A DNA stretch of 64,000 nt from a virus. The stretch is taken from IMG/VR virus record IMGVR_UViG_3300037258_001099, positions 32,001 through 96,000 of that record; one strand, written 5' to 3'. Under the pieces are notes generated by a model, which worked only from the letters and a program-made list of their open reading frames with translations, did no database searches and was not told the origin of the DNA. Position numbers and translations under genes: made by a program. Shown in pieces: positions 56,182 through 64,000 of this stretch; positions within the stretch are counted from its first letter, which is position 1; every line of letters begins with the position of its first letter.

Positions 56182-57243
56182 ATGACTTGCCAGGATGTTA
56201 CAAAGGTTACAGGACAACATCTGATCTTTCTTGGGGTGGGTGCCGCGTCCTGGTCTCTTGCGCAGTTTAGCCAAGCAGGAGCCTTTGCCAAAGCGCATGG
56301 GGTAGATAGCCTTCTTCTCAAAAGCGCAGATGGAACGAACAGATGGTACGGGGGGATGGACGGGTACCGCCAAAGGAGAGATGCGATCAAAGCTCAAGGC
56401 GTTGGTGTTGTCCCCTATACCTATAGCTACGGCAACAAATTTGGGGCTATTGATGGAGAAATTGCGATCCTCAAGAGCTTTATGGCAGAGGACGGCGTGG
56501 TATGCATGGATGCTGAGGCCGAGTGGAATGGGCAAGTTGGCTGGGCTTCCCACCTGTGTTCTGCAATGACTGGCACTCCTGGCATCTTCCTAGTCTCCAC
56601 ATGGGCAGATCCATCGATCCAAAACTGGATGGGTGTGCTCCAAGCAATGAACCCGTGTGTGGATGCCTACATGCCACAGCAGTACAGTAATTTCCTGGCA
56701 CCACTTTGGACGCAGTTTGGAGCAACGGGAGCAGCCTGTATCCAACCAACCGTGGATCTGAGCCAGGAAGCAGGGCCTAACGATCCTGTCGCTATTGCAC
56801 GGGCCGCAAGCGCACAGGGGCATACAGCACTTTCTGTCTGGCATCATGATCTGGCCGTTGCCAACCCTGCACTTCTTGATGCGATCCTGGCCGCATTCCC
56901 AAAAATAGAGGAGGACATCCCTATGGTTATTAATCTCACAACGCCCCTGGTTGGCAACTATTACGAATCTACTGGCAATGATGCTGTATGGAAGTGCAAG
57001 CAAACAGGCTTTCTGGTAGGACACGGCATCCTAGCCTTCTACCAGAAATTTGGGGGAGATGCCCTTTGTGGGCTCACCTACCTCGGGATAGCGATGAGTA
57101 ATGAAATTGCAATAACAGGACATCCTGGCAGTGTGTACCAAAAATTTGAGCGAGGGATTGCGGTTTATAATCCAGACCACAGCTTCGACTTTCCCCCAGG
57201 AGCGGGTCCTGTATACATGGCCCATACTGACGCAAAGTTTTAG
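56182..57243 (+). CDS. Endolysin (TIM-barrel glycoside-hydrolase-like plus C-terminal binding domain)
   Basis: LLKSADG, CMDAEAEW, MPQQY; C-terminal TGFLVGHGILAFYQKFGG...LG...SNE...QKFERG; AAGGAGG RBS. Confidence 0.75.
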   Translation: MTCQDVTKVTGQHLIFLGVGAASWSLAQFSQAGAFAKAHGVDSLLLKSADGTNRWYGGMDGYRQRRDAIKAQGVGVVPYTYSYGNKFGAIDGEIAILKSFMAEDGVVCMDAEAEWNGQVGWASHLCSAMTGTPGIFLVSTWADPSIQNWMGVLQAMNPCVDAYMPQQYSNFLAPLWTQFGATGAACIQPTVDLSQEAGPNDPVAIARAASAQGHTALSVWHHDLAVANPALLDAILAAFPKIEEDIPMVINLTTPLVGNYYESTGNDAVWKCKQTGFLVGHGILAFYQKFGGDALCGLTYLGIAMSNEIAITGHPGSVYQKFERGIAVYNPDHSFDFPPGAGPVYMAHTDAKF

Positions 57244-57253
57244 GGGGACGACT

Positions 57254-57415
57254 ATGATGCACTTCTTGCAAAATTGCATTCAGCCTAGCGCTGTACTCAT
57301 GCTTTTTATATCGGTGGTCTGCCTGGTTGGATATGGGTATTCAGGATATAAAGCAAATAATGGTCTTCTCTGGCTGCTCTGGCTTTTTATTGGTATTCTA
57401 GCCCTAGTATCCTAG
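57254..57415 (+). CDS. Small two-TM protein, holin candidate
   Basis: Two hydrophobic segments directly after the endolysin. Confidence 0.5.
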   Translation: MMHFLQNCIQPSAVLMLFISVVCLVGYGYSGYKANNGLLWLLWLFIGILALVS

Positions 57416-57439
57416 TTCATGATTGTAGGATCGTAAAGT

Positions 57440-59563
57440 ATGGCTTCTCCCTACGCACTCACCAATTACGATCTGAGCCTGGTCAATCTTACTGGGCAAG
57501 CTTTTCGTGTCTATGTTGCCTTCATGAATCCGGTAAGGATTACTACTTCCTGGGCTTCGCTTAACCAAGATGCGCAAGGAAATTGGCTTCCGCCTCCAAA
57601 CTTCGACACTGCTGCCAACCATAAGCAGCCGTATGCGCCCACGGCGAACTTAGGGTCGAATAGAATTGGGTTTGTGGGTGAGCCACTCTACTTTGATGGC
57701 TCGCGATCAACCCAGCGCTATGATATTCCGGTGATTACTGGAAGCTATGTCTGGACGATTACTGGCCCTGCTAGCACCACTTCTTATAATGGCAATTCTC
57801 AGGTTGCTATCTCCTGGTCCAATCCTGGTCTCTACACGGTCTCTCTTTCGGTTAAAGACCGTGCTGGGACAGCCGTGGTGGGCACAAGACAGGTGATGAT
57901 CTATCAGGACAGGAACTCAACACTACCAGGTGTGATCAGCGTCTCAGGGCTCTCTGGAAGCCTTGCCAATGGTGGCTGGACCATGCAGCTTACCACGGTC
58001 AATTCCCAGACCACGATTCTCAGTCCCGATGTGCTTCCTTCTGGGAGTTATCTGCCAGTCGTACTGTTGTGCGAGACGAGCTATGAAGTTACTCCTGGCA
58101 ACTGGGTGAGTCGCACCATCGGGCCGCATGGGTTGTTTAATCCAGGATATCCCTATATTGACTCCAGGGTGCTCTTCGATGGCTACGTCCAAAATGGTAC
58201 TATTCACCAGGATGTGGACAAAGATAGTCTTTCCTGCACCTGTGTAGGTCCACAGATGATTCTTCAGCTTGCTCAAAGCGCCCAGCTCGGCTACTATAAC
58301 TGTGCGTACACAAGTGTTGTTAACAACGTACCCCTTGGATGCAAGACTTCTCCTGCTGGTCAAGGATATCAAGTGGGGTATCTCGGTTCAGCCGATGTTA
58401 TTCACTCGCTTCTACAAGACCACTGCAATATCGGCACCTATCATGATATCCATATCTGGAATCCACTCATTGTGACCAATCCGTATAGTCCAAGCAAAAC
58501 AAATGCCTACTACTATCAGTACTACACCACGCTCTCAGTCAATCAGGGAACGATCTGGCAGTGCATCGGGGATCTGACCGCCAATGAATGGAGCCAGTGC
58601 TACTGTGAGCGAGATGGTTCTATCCGCGTTGGCCCAATGGTGAACTACCAGGGGTATGACTTCTGGAATCAGCCAACACTTCTTGGAGGGCTTGCCGCCC
58701 CCTACTTGATTAATCTTGTCCAAGATTTGGGGTATTCCACGCCTGGGGATCTCAACACTATTGCCTCCAATATCCCAATACTACCAGCAACACCCATGCC
58801 TATTCAATTCGTGCATCCCTGGGGGCAGCAGCAGAACCCGCCGCAGTTCTTAAAGCCTTTTGGGGAGCCCAATGCGCAAATCCAGGTAACGCAATCAGCC
58901 CTTGTCGGGCCACCCATCCTTTGCGCCTTTAGTGATGTGCCCCTCTATGACCAATCAGGAACGCCTCCTGATACACAGGCGCTCTTTCCCTGGATCGTTG
59001 CCAATTGGCCCCAAGATCTAGTCGTCTATCCAGTCGCTTTTGACTTCCAAGAAAACTACACTACAAGAGACAGCTTGGTAAAACTCATCACGACCACCTA
59101 CGGTCAGACCACGCTCTGGAGTGCCTGGTATCCACTCTCCGCCTTTAGCCTTACTGGAGATGGCACGGTCTCTATTGTGCAAACCATTCTCCCTGCTGGA
59201 AACTGGACCGTGGACCAATCTCATCTGCTTCCCGACATCACCACCAACCAGAACAAGCTACTTGTCTGGAATTACCTCTGGGAGATGGCGAGACGTACCT
59301 ACTATGACCAGAATACTAACTATACTGGTACGATCACCCTTGGGCAATTTACTGCGATCTCCCTTGGCGATATCGTGAGTGTCACACGGCAAGGCGGCAC
59401 CCTTGGACCAAAATTTGCCCAGAAGCTCTTTTATGTGCAAGGCATTGACTATTCCATTGATCTTACTGCCCGTGTCTGGCAGACCAGTCTCACCGTCTCA
59501 GAAGTTACCTCAAATACCCTTGGCCCTATCCAGACGCCTCCAGTGACGATACCCAAGGCGTAG
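57440..59563 (+). CDS. Baseplate hub/tail protein with PKD-like domain
   Basis: FDGSRS...YVWT...WSNPGLYTVSLSVKD PKD motif; VLFDGYV, CERDGSIRV, ISLGDIVSV hub-like motifs. Confidence 0.7.
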   Translation: MASPYALTNYDLSLVNLTGQAFRVYVAFMNPVRITTSWASLNQDAQGNWLPPPNFDTAANHKQPYAPTANLGSNRIGFVGEPLYFDGSRSTQRYDIPVITGSYVWTITGPASTTSYNGNSQVAISWSNPGLYTVSLSVKDRAGTAVVGTRQVMIYQDRNSTLPGVISVSGLSGSLANGGWTMQLTTVNSQTTILSPDVLPSGSYLPVVLLCETSYEVTPGNWVSRTIGPHGLFNPGYPYIDSRVLFDGYVQNGTIHQDVDKDSLSCTCVGPQMILQLAQSAQLGYYNCAYTSVVNNVPLGCKTSPAGQGYQVGYLGSADVIHSLLQDHCNIGTYHDIHIWNPLIVTNPYSPSKTNAYYYQYYTTLSVNQGTIWQCIGDLTANEWSQCYCERDGSIRVGPMVNYQGYDFWNQPTLLGGLAAPYLINLVQDLGYSTPGDLNTIASNIPILPATPMPIQFVHPWGQQQNPPQFLKPFGEPNAQIQVTQSALVGPPILCAFSDVPLYDQSGTPPDTQALFPWIVANWPQDLVVYPVAFDFQENYTTRDSLVKLITTTYGQTTLWSAWYPLSAFSLTGDGTVSIVQTILPAGNWTVDQSHLLPDITTNQNKLLVWNYLWEMARRTYYDQNTNYTGTITLGQFTAISLGDIVSVTRQGGTLGPKFAQKLFYVQGIDYSIDLTARVWQTSLTVSEVTSNTLGPIQTPPVTIPKA

Positions 59564-59786
59564 TCTTTGACACATAGGCTAGGATAGCTCAAAAGGAGAG
59601 AGAGAGACTGTGCTTGAATTGCTACGCAAAAAGCTTTTTGTACGCCCAAAATCAAAGCTGGTCTTCTTAGACGGGGCGAATCACTGGAACCCCAATTGGA
59701 AGCCAGAGCAAGAAACACCGAGCAGGAAGCTCCACAAGATCACCCTTATTTCGGAAACAGTTGTTTAGAAAATTGGAGAGAAATAA

Positions 59787-62700
59787 ATGGTCACTGAGAA
59801 AAGAACAATTCTAGACGGTATTCGCCAAAAGGTCTTTCTGGATCGCTACGCACTCAAAGATGCAGGGGGAAACCCCATCGAGGAGTATCCAGAAGAAATG
59901 TGGAGACGAGTTGCCTTCGCCATCGCATCCGTTGAGAAGACAAAGCCAGATCAAGACCTCTGGGAAAAGCGCTTCTACCATGCCATGGCTGATTTCAAAT
60001 TTGTCCCTGGTGGCCGTATTCTCTCTGGTGCAGGAACTGGGTTTGATGTAACATGCTATAACTGCTATGTGATCGAAAGTCCTCATGACAGTCGTGAAGG
60101 TATTATCGATAATCTGAAGATCATGACCGAGATCATGGCACGTGGTGGTGGTGTTGGTATTAATCTCTCTACGCTGCGTCCACGCGGAAGTTATATCAAG
60201 ACGGTCAATGGGACAGCATCGGGACCTTGCTCGTGGGCACAATTGTACTCGGTTGCCACAGGTGATGTGATCCAGCAAGGTGGCTGCTTTGGGCCGCATG
60301 TAGAAATTGAGACAGACCGTGGAGTGATCGCAGCAAGTGATCTTGCTGACCTGCTCGATAGTGGCGAGGATGTACAAGCACTTACCCATAAAGGATATCA
60401 CCCCATTACGGCGGTTTTTCGCAATGGGAAAAAGAAACTCTTCCAGGTAAAAACCTATTCTGGCTTTGAAATTGAAGTCACAAAAGACCATAAGATGGGC
60501 GTCCTTCGTGACGATACCATAACGACCGTTCCCCTTGAACATCTGCGCATCGGTAGCTCTATTCTTCGTTTCCGCAAAGAGTCGAGTACCTGCCACCCGA
60601 CAAGCATCTCCTCTATCACGCCTATTGGCGAGCACGAGACCTTTGATTTTGAAGTTGCAGATGTGCATCTGCTTGTTGCTAACGGCCTCTATACCTCAAA
60701 CTCCAGGCGCGGCGCACTTATGCTGATGCTCAATGATAATCATCCTGATATTGAAGAGTTCATCACGGTCAAAAAGCAGAAGGGCATGATTGAGCATGCG
60801 AACCTTTCTATCTGTGTCTCAGATTCGTTCATGAAGGCAGTTGAGCATGATGCTGACTGGAACCTCATCTGGGACGACAAAGTACAAAAGACAGTGAAGG
60901 CTCGCTCACTCTGGGATCTCATCTGCACCTCGGCCTGGGAGTCAGCCGAACCAGGACTGGTATTTATGGAGCGGTGTAACGAGCAAAGCAATACATGGTA
61001 CTATGAAAAGATTAATTGTGTCAATCCATGTGTGGCTGGAGACACCCTTGTCTCTTGCTTCTACTCGATAGAGCCCATTCCTATCAAAGAGCTCGCAGAG
61101 AGAGGAAAAGATGTTCGGGTAGAGTGCTTTGACAAAGAGCGCGGTACGAGAGAAATACGCCTTGGGAGATCTCCACGTCTTACCCGCAAAGATGCGGAAG
61201 TCTGGAAGCTTACGCTTGATGATGGATCAGTCTTTCGAGCAACCCCTGACCATAAAATGCTGCTTGCAAACGGAGAAGAGCGCCAGCTTCAAGATCTTCA
61301 GGTAGATGATTACCTTGCTTCTTACGTTCGCAAAGAGGGAGTGTCGCCAACAACTAGGCAAGTTGCGGGCATTGTTCCTTATGGCAGAGAAGATGTCTAC
61401 AACATTACTGTGGATGACTATCATACCGTTGCCTATATAACAAATGCAGAAAAGTATTCTGGCATCTTTGCCATGAATTGCGGCGAGCAGCCGTTAGGGG
61501 ATTGGGGTGTATGTAATCTGGGAGCGATTAACTTAGCAGCTTTTGTAGAAGATGAGACCTTTGACTACACAGAGCTCAGATTAGTCACAAGAGAAGCAAT
61601 GCGCTTCTTGGACAACGTGATTGACGCAACCACCTATTTTATTCCTGAGAACAAAGAAGCCCAGCTTGGTACCCGCCGTACGGGTCTTGGAACCATGGGT
61701 TTGGCCGACGCGCTGATTAAAATGCGTATCTCGTATGGGAGTCTAGAATCGCTCACTCTTATTGAATCTATCTATACCAACATTCGTAACGTTGCCTATG
61801 AAACATCTGCGCACCTGGCAGGTGAAAAGGGAGCGTTTCCAAAGTATAGCTGGGGTGAGTATAAGCAAGGCTACTTTATTGAGCGGCTTCCTTCCCACAT
61901 CCGAAGTGAGATCGCGGCAAACGGGATACGTAATGCAGTCCTGTTGACTCAGGCCCCTACAGGCACCACAAGTCTATTTGCGGGTGTCAGTTCTGGCATC
62001 GAACCTGTCTACGACTTTGCGATGATCCGGCGCGATCGTACAGGTGAGCATGTGATGTATCATCCACTGATGCAGAAGTGGCTTGACACCTGCTCTGAGA
62101 AAACACATGGATCACTTCCAAGCTACTTTGTCTCCTCAAAAGATCTCACCCCAGAACAACATGTGGCCGTACAAGCCAGGATACAGAAGTTTACCGACGC
62201 TTCCATTTCCAAAACTGTAAATGCTCCCAGTAATCATACTGTTGAACAAGTAAAAAAGCTTTATCAGCTTGCCTACAATGAGGGTTGTAAAGGTATTACT
62301 TACTACCGTGACGGCTCACGTGACGCGGTACTCACCCGTATTGCTGACGAGAAGATACTAGAAACGCCCCAGGTCGCGGAAATCTTTCAGAGAGATCGTC
62401 CAGAGATCGTCTATGGCTACACCAGGCAAATCCAGGCTCCTGAAGGCAAAGCTAATGTAACGATCAATAGTGATGAGGCAGGGCTTTTTGAGGTCTTCAT
62501 AAATGTAGGGAAAGCAGGCTCGGATATCGCGGCACTATCGGAAGCACTAGGGCGGCTGATTTCCCTCAATCTTCAAATACCAAGCCTACTCTCCCCAGAG
62601 ATGAAGACGATGGAGATCATCAAACAGTTACGTGGCATTGGTGGAAGCCGTACTGTTGGCTTTGGAACGCGCCAGGTGCGTTCCCTTCCTGATGCAGTAG

Positions 62701-62897
62701 CGCGTACCCTGGAGCTCCACAGCAGCCGTGTGAGCCAAGCAGAAAGCGCAGAGATTATCAGCGATGTTATTGCGTGCATGGGGTGCGCTGCTGAACCTAT
62801 TCTCACTGGCAACCTCTGTCCTGAGTGTGGATGTGACAGCGTGGTCAGAGAAGAGGGATGCAAGAAGTGCCACATCTGTGGTTATAGTGAGTGCTAA
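59787..62897 (+). CDS. nrdJ: Class II (adenosylcobalamin-dependent) ribonucleotide reductase with two inteins
   Basis: FVPGGRIL, NCYV, GGGVGINLS, RRGA, NP|CGEQPL, CNLGAINL, APTGT, ISKTVN, KGITYYRDGSR; C-terminal TSCPD-like domain and Zn ribbon. Confidence 0.95.
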   Translation: MVTEKRTILDGIRQKVFLDRYALKDAGGNPIEEYPEEMWRRVAFAIASVEKTKPDQDLWEKRFYHAMADFKFVPGGRILSGAGTGFDVTCYNCYVIESPHDSREGIIDNLKIMTEIMARGGGVGINLSTLRPRGSYIKTVNGTASGPCSWAQLYSVATGDVIQQGGCFGPHVEIETDRGVIAASDLADLLDSGEDVQALTHKGYHPITAVFRNGKKKLFQVKTYSGFEIEVTKDHKMGVLRDDTITTVPLEHLRIGSSILRFRKESSTCHPTSISSITPIGEHETFDFEVADVHLLVANGLYTSNSRRGALMLMLNDNHPDIEEFITVKKQKGMIEHANLSICVSDSFMKAVEHDADWNLIWDDKVQKTVKARSLWDLICTSAWESAEPGLVFMERCNEQSNTWYYEKINCVNPCVAGDTLVSCFYSIEPIPIKELAERGKDVRVECFDKERGTREIRLGRSPRLTRKDAEVWKLTLDDGSVFRATPDHKMLLANGEERQLQDLQVDDYLASYVRKEGVSPTTRQVAGIVPYGREDVYNITVDDYHTVAYITNAEKYSGIFAMNCGEQPLGDWGVCNLGAINLAAFVEDETFDYTELRLVTREAMRFLDNVIDATTYFIPENKEAQLGTRRTGLGTMGLADALIKMRISYGSLESLTLIESIYTNIRNVAYETSAHLAGEKGAFPKYSWGEYKQGYFIERLPSHIRSEIAANGIRNAVLLTQAPTGTTSLFAGVSSGIEPVYDFAMIRRDRTGEHVMYHPLMQKWLDTCSEKTHGSLPSYFVSSKDLTPEQHVAVQARIQKFTDASISKTVNAPSNHTVEQVKKLYQLAYNEGCKGITYYRDGSRDAVLTRIADEKILETPQVAEIFQRDRPEIVYGYTRQIQAPEGKANVTINSDEAGLFEVFINVGKAGSDIAALSEALGRLISLNLQIPSLLSPEMKTMEIIKQLRGIGGSRTVGFGTRQVRSLPDAVARTLELHSSRVSQAESAEIISDVIACMGCAAEPILTGNLCPECGCDSVVREEGCKKCHICGYSEC
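60285..60701 (+). other. Mini-intein 1 (139 aa) in NrdJ
   Basis: QQGG|CFGPH...VTKDHK...FDFEV...NGLYTSN|SRRGA; no endonuclease domain. Confidence 0.9.
61029..61478 (+). other. Mini-intein 2 (150 aa) in NrdJ at the catalytic Cys
   Basis: NP|CVAGDT...ATPDHK...VYNITVDDYH...GIFAMN|CGEQ; no endonuclease domain. Confidence 0.9.
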
Positions 62898-62898
62898 C

Positions 62899-63063
62899 AT
62901 GCCGCTAGAAGTTATCCGAGAACTCTTTGTGGTCCTTATTATGGGTGCCATCATTATCATTGCCATGCTTCTCTTTCTCGTTGTAGCGTGGAAACTCTTT
63001 GTGCTTATAAACAAGATAACCTGTGCAGCAATGGATAGGTTTCAGAAAAGGAATGTTCGATGA
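62899..63063 (+). CDS. Small membrane protein
   Basis: MPLEVIRELFVVLIMGAIIIIAMLLFLVVAW hydrophobic stretch. Confidence 0.5.
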   Translation: MPLEVIRELFVVLIMGAIIIIAMLLFLVVAWKLFVLINKITCAAMDRFQKRNVR

Positions 63064-63281
63064 ACAGAGAAGAAAAAAGAAAAAAGATTATCCATTCATT
63101 CACTTACCATAGTCCAAAAGGTGATCAGCAAGAGCGCTACCAGGCGCTACGAGAGAAGGGCCTAGAGCTTGCGCTTCTCATCTTTGACACAACTCCAGAG
63201 TCTCTGGAGCAGGATCAAGCACAGATGCTTCTCAACCTGGCAGTAATGAGCGCCAACGCTTCTGTAGCAAGGAATGAATAG
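63060..63281 (+). CDS. Acb2/Tad1-hairpin-like protein (candidate immune-signal sponge)
   Basis: HSFTYHSPKGDQQERYQALREKGLELA...PES.E...AVMSANASVARNE. Confidence 0.7.
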   Translation: MNREEKRKKIIHSFTYHSPKGDQQERYQALREKGLELALLIFDTTPESLEQDQAQMLLNLAVMSANASVARNE

Positions 63282-63655
63282 TGGCACCACCAAGAAGAGC
63301 CGCTGATTCGGCAAGGTATAACGCTGTTATCGCCAGGCGCATTAAGAGCCAACGGATAGCAGTAGGTCTCACACAAGACGCGCTTGCAGAAAGGATTGAT
63401 TATACGCGGGTCACGGTACATCATGTTGAGACAGGCAGACATGACGTTAGCATTTATTTGCTCTATAGACTATCCTCTGCCTTTGGCTGCTCCATCTATG
63501 ATTTGCTGCCGGAGCATATTGAGGAAGAGCTGGAGAAGGAGAATGTCTACCATCTGGCAAGTATTCTCAACGTTGACGCAGACATTAATGAAGAGGATCT
63601 CTCTACTATCTTAGGGAAGATCAAAGGTCTCAAACCAAAAAGTCGAGAGGAGTGA
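63281..63655 (+). CDS. XRE-family HTH transcriptional regulator
   Basis: RIKSQRIAVGLTQDALAERIDYTRVTVHHVETG...LYRLSSAFGCSIYDLL. Confidence 0.9.
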   Translation: MAPPRRAADSARYNAVIARRIKSQRIAVGLTQDALAERIDYTRVTVHHVETGRHDVSIYLLYRLSSAFGCSIYDLLPEHIEEELEKENVYHLASILNVDADINEEDLSTILGKIKGLKPKSREE

Positions 63656-63673
63656 TCTCTCGGCTTTCCTTTT
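63638..63673. terminator. Bidirectional terminator
   Basis: AAAGTCGAGAG...CTCTCGGCTTT stem between convergent genes. Confidence 0.6.
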
Positions 63674-63907
63674 CTATAGCTGAACGTAACCTCGTTTCAC
63701 ATCATCAATGTCGGCGGGGTTCTCTTTAACATGAAGGTACCTATTAAGCGGGTCAATCCACCTGAACGCTGAGAGATTTTTTTCCTTAATGTAGGCGCTT
63801 TCCCCTGTCTCGGGAAATCCTTGGACCTCGAATTGTAGATCCTTTTTCTCCATGCCAAGGGTGACCATTACTGATTTCATATAGCTAATCACATGGGAGG
63901 CAGACAT
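63674..63907 (-). CDS. Hypothetical protein (may extend beyond the window)
   Basis: ORF ending at the terminator; true start uncertain. Confidence 0.45.
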   Translation of the reverse strand: MSASHVISYMKSVMVTLGMEKKDLQFEVQGFPETGESAYIKEKNLSAFRWIDPLNRYLHVKENPADIDDVKRGYVQL

Positions 63908-64000
63908 CCTCCCACTTTTGCCTGGGAAATGGATAGTAATATGCGTGACTTGTCCCTTCTCAGTCGATAGGTTGAGGCAGGTAAGCTCACGTGCTTTTTG

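Noticed and set aside
59811-60668. 285-aa minus-strand ORF
   Set aside because: Shadow of nrdJ
1-64000. Alternative genetic code
   Set aside because: Coding density is high and long genes are intact under the standard code

Overview
This 64 kb window is most of a tailed (siphovirus-like) bacteriophage genome. It carries a ParM/ParR-type partition module and no integrase is visible, so it is probably a phage-plasmid. A Chloroflexota/Ktedonobacteria-like host is my inference only. Layout: 0.1-13 kb small accessory genes (two LuxR HTHs, YopX, HslV-like Ntn protease, PNK-like kinase, RyR-repeat protein, HAD phosphatase, papain-like C1 protease, ThyX) plus a TnpB-only IS200/IS605 element. 13-32 kb terminase, portal, scaffold, N4-gp56-type major capsid and many virion genes. 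32-39 kb Tmk, phosphatase, DUF1003, HNH, the parM/parR module and a repeat-rich intergenic region. 39-59.5 kb tail tube, tail chaperones, a 4588-aa tape measure protein, Dit-like protein, endolysin, holin candidate and hub. 59.8-64 kb class II ribonucleotide reductase with two mini-inteins, an Acb2/Tad1-like protein and an XRE regulator. The standout observation is the giant tape measure protein. It carries two UvrD/PcrA-like SF1 helicase motif sets ahead of its coiled-coil, tape-measure and lytic transglycosylase regions, suggesting helicases delivered from the virion. Other notable items: a tRNA-like non-canonical RNA, two candidate anti-defence sponge proteins, a MITE and an IS each splitting an HNH-family gene, a shared structured leader on HNH genes, a lox-like palindrome present twice, and several leaderless genes. 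All family assignments come from motif recognition by eye; no database searches were run.
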